A stretch of DNA of 64,000 nt from Squalus acanthias. Lineage: Eukaryota. The translations under genes and the position numbers were made by a program. The stretch spans positions 24,554,001-24,618,000 of the forward strand of contig CM059432.1 in the NCBI GenBank assembly GCA_030390025.1, given 5' to 3'. The first letter of the stretch is position 1. Each line of letters starts with the position of its first letter. Below are positions 61,810-64,000 of the stretch, piece by piece. Below the pieces are notes generated by a model. The model searched no databases, had not been told where the DNA came from, and was given only the letters and a program-made list of their open reading frames with translations.

Positions 61810-62561
61810 GGGGGAGAAATCTCAGGCGCTCCACTTCCTGGCGGGGTGGTAACCGAGGCAATGTCGGGGTTTCAACGCCCCTCCCCTTCAGTTATAGGGA
61901 AGGGCCGTTGCGCACTATGCAAGTCCTCCGATAGCCCCAACTAGGCCACCAGGGCAGCCCGGCACCGAGACGCGGTGCCGGGCTGTGTGATTGCGGCCAG
62001 GACCACGCCACGGCCCGTCACGGAGGTCGGCCAAAAAAATTAAAATGGCGGCGTGGGTCGCGGCCACACCTCCCCTTTAACTACTGCCCCGTGAGTGGAG
62101 GTCGGCCCGGTTCGTGACCCGCGAGGCTGGCGCTAACACCGCCCATGGCACCATCGCGGGGCTGTACGTGATATGTGCCATTACTTACTCTACGCCATAA
62201 TTTCCTCGGACTTTTGGACCGTTCTGCCAGTACCCTCGCCGAGGGTAATAATTTAAGGTAATTCTAATAGCTGCATTCCCAATTAAAATTAATAGTGTTT
62301 GTGATTTCCATTGATTAACGCCAGTGTTCATGCTGCTGCCAGTTTGCCTGAAAAATAATGGTGCTGGTAACCTGGCAACAGCATAATTTATTGCTCCAAG
62401 TTTGGTTGTTAAGACCTTTAAATATGTTTTCCAGTTGGCCTGAGCTTGTTTGCTTAGCTCCTGGTGACTTCAATGGAAATGGAAATGGGGAGAGATGTAA
62501 ATCGGGTTGCTGATTCACTGTCACCCGTTTTATACTATCGCACAAAGTCAAAATTTACCCC
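61810..62561. mobile_element. Harbinger-type non-autonomous element(s), CpG-rich left half
   Basis: Termini GGGGGAGAAAT and AAAATTTACCCC; internal 13-bp hairpin at 61955-61985; may be two nested elements. Confidence 0.5.
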
Positions 62562-64000
62562 AAAGTGCGTGATTTATTTCAAAGCATTCATTCGAGACAA
62601 GCACTATATAATTCTATGATGAAACCCTTATCAATCTAAGATTTAAATAACCAGGCAATGCAGTTTATCAAGCACTGAAGTGTTTTGCAACTACCACGTC
62701 ATTTGATACTTCGCACAAATAATTAGTTTGCAACCAAAGCAATCAGCGATGCATTGAAATTTCATTATCATCCTCAAATGTTCCTTCAAAACTCTCTGAA
62801 CAATAAGAGGTATAACATTTCAAACTCAATGGTTAATGCAAGGAGCCTGGGGATCTTTTAACGACAATTAAAATATCTGCAGTAATGAGGCATGAGGGAG
62901 TGTTCCCAACCTCGATGGTGCCTAGAAGAGTTAGCTCTACAGCCTGTCCCCAAGCTCTTGGCGATGGGAGGATCCACGGAGGTGGCCAACAAATGGCAGA
63001 TGAGTGCAGATGGAGCTCGACAGCCGAAAGGTTCACCATCTCTGAGGCCTGCAGCTACCCTAATTTTCCTATCCCTGCCATCAGTGCTGGGCCCTGCCAG
63101 GAGTCAAGCATGCACCACAGCATTGAAATGACCTGAGACAGGAAATCCGGGTGATCCTGGGGCTGAATAGGCACAGGCAGCACATGTTGGGTACCCTACT
63201 CCTGTTTAATGCCTGGCCAGAGATGGACCTTATAGTTGCTGTCCATCACACTATACTCTCTGACCACTGTTCTGTCACACTTAGTTATAGTCAAAAACCC
63301 TACATTTCTGCTGATTGGCTCATGTTCAAATATGTCCCAACTCAATTCAAATTTCTTTCACCTCATTAGCACATATGCTGATTTTAGTTCCTGAATTTAA
63401 ATATAGAACAGATATAACAAAGTGCTGCAAGCTATTTCTAAATGCAGAAACATTTTAAGCAATTAGCAAAGTCATGAAAAAGCTGCAAATTCCTTTAACC
63501 ACTCACTGAATAATTTACAGTTTCTTCCTCCTGGACTCCTTCACTTGGGTCTCATCCACTCATCATCTAAAGTCATTGTCTCCTCCATACCTGAGCTTTC
63601 TCGTTCACCCCACTTCCCCTCGATTCTTACAGCTTCCCACCTGATCTCCCACCTGAACCTTTTGCTCTCTCAACCCACACCTGATCTTATTTCTTATTTT
63701 ATTGCTCTATAAAGAGACTTCCTCTGATCTGCAGTCCCCTATGCTCCTTCTAAAAGCCACCTTCGTTCAAAACCTGCACTGCTCGCACTGCTCACTTCCT
63801 CATATACTCATTCTTTCTGCTGAACCTCAAGTTCTACTATCCTCCTACCAGATTGCCCTAAGTGTTCCAGTTGGGCCCTGCTCCTTCTTTGCTCCATCAA
63901 CAAGTCATTCCCACTTAGGCCTTGCTCCATCCCCTCTCCAACCTATGAATATTCCGCACTTTATATTAAGCTCACAGGACGAGTGTTCCAGTCCTAACGC

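Overview
Repeat-dense vertebrate DNA, most likely from a cartilaginous fish (shark). That assignment is inferred from the repeat set: CR1 and L2 LINEs, HE1-like V-SINEs, Deu-domain SINEs and Penelope fragments. I could not confidently call any host protein-coding gene, so the window looks intronic or intergenic. The main feature is a full-length 4,152-bp PIF/Harbinger transposon (10394-14545) with 12-bp TIRs and a TAA TSD. It carries an intact DDE transposase ORF on the minus strand and a convergent three-exon Myb/SANT-like gene with two nonsense codons. At least seven more decayed Harbinger/Myb copies and many Harbinger-type MITEs surround it. Several Penelope-like terminal fragments carry minimal hammerhead-ribozyme motifs, one with an intact core. 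A full-length CR1 is part of a five-level nested insertion stack that also holds a solo LTR. All element classes are known; the novelty lies in the specific families, their architecture and their possible regulatory cargo. Coordinates of decayed copies are approximate, and no database search was run.
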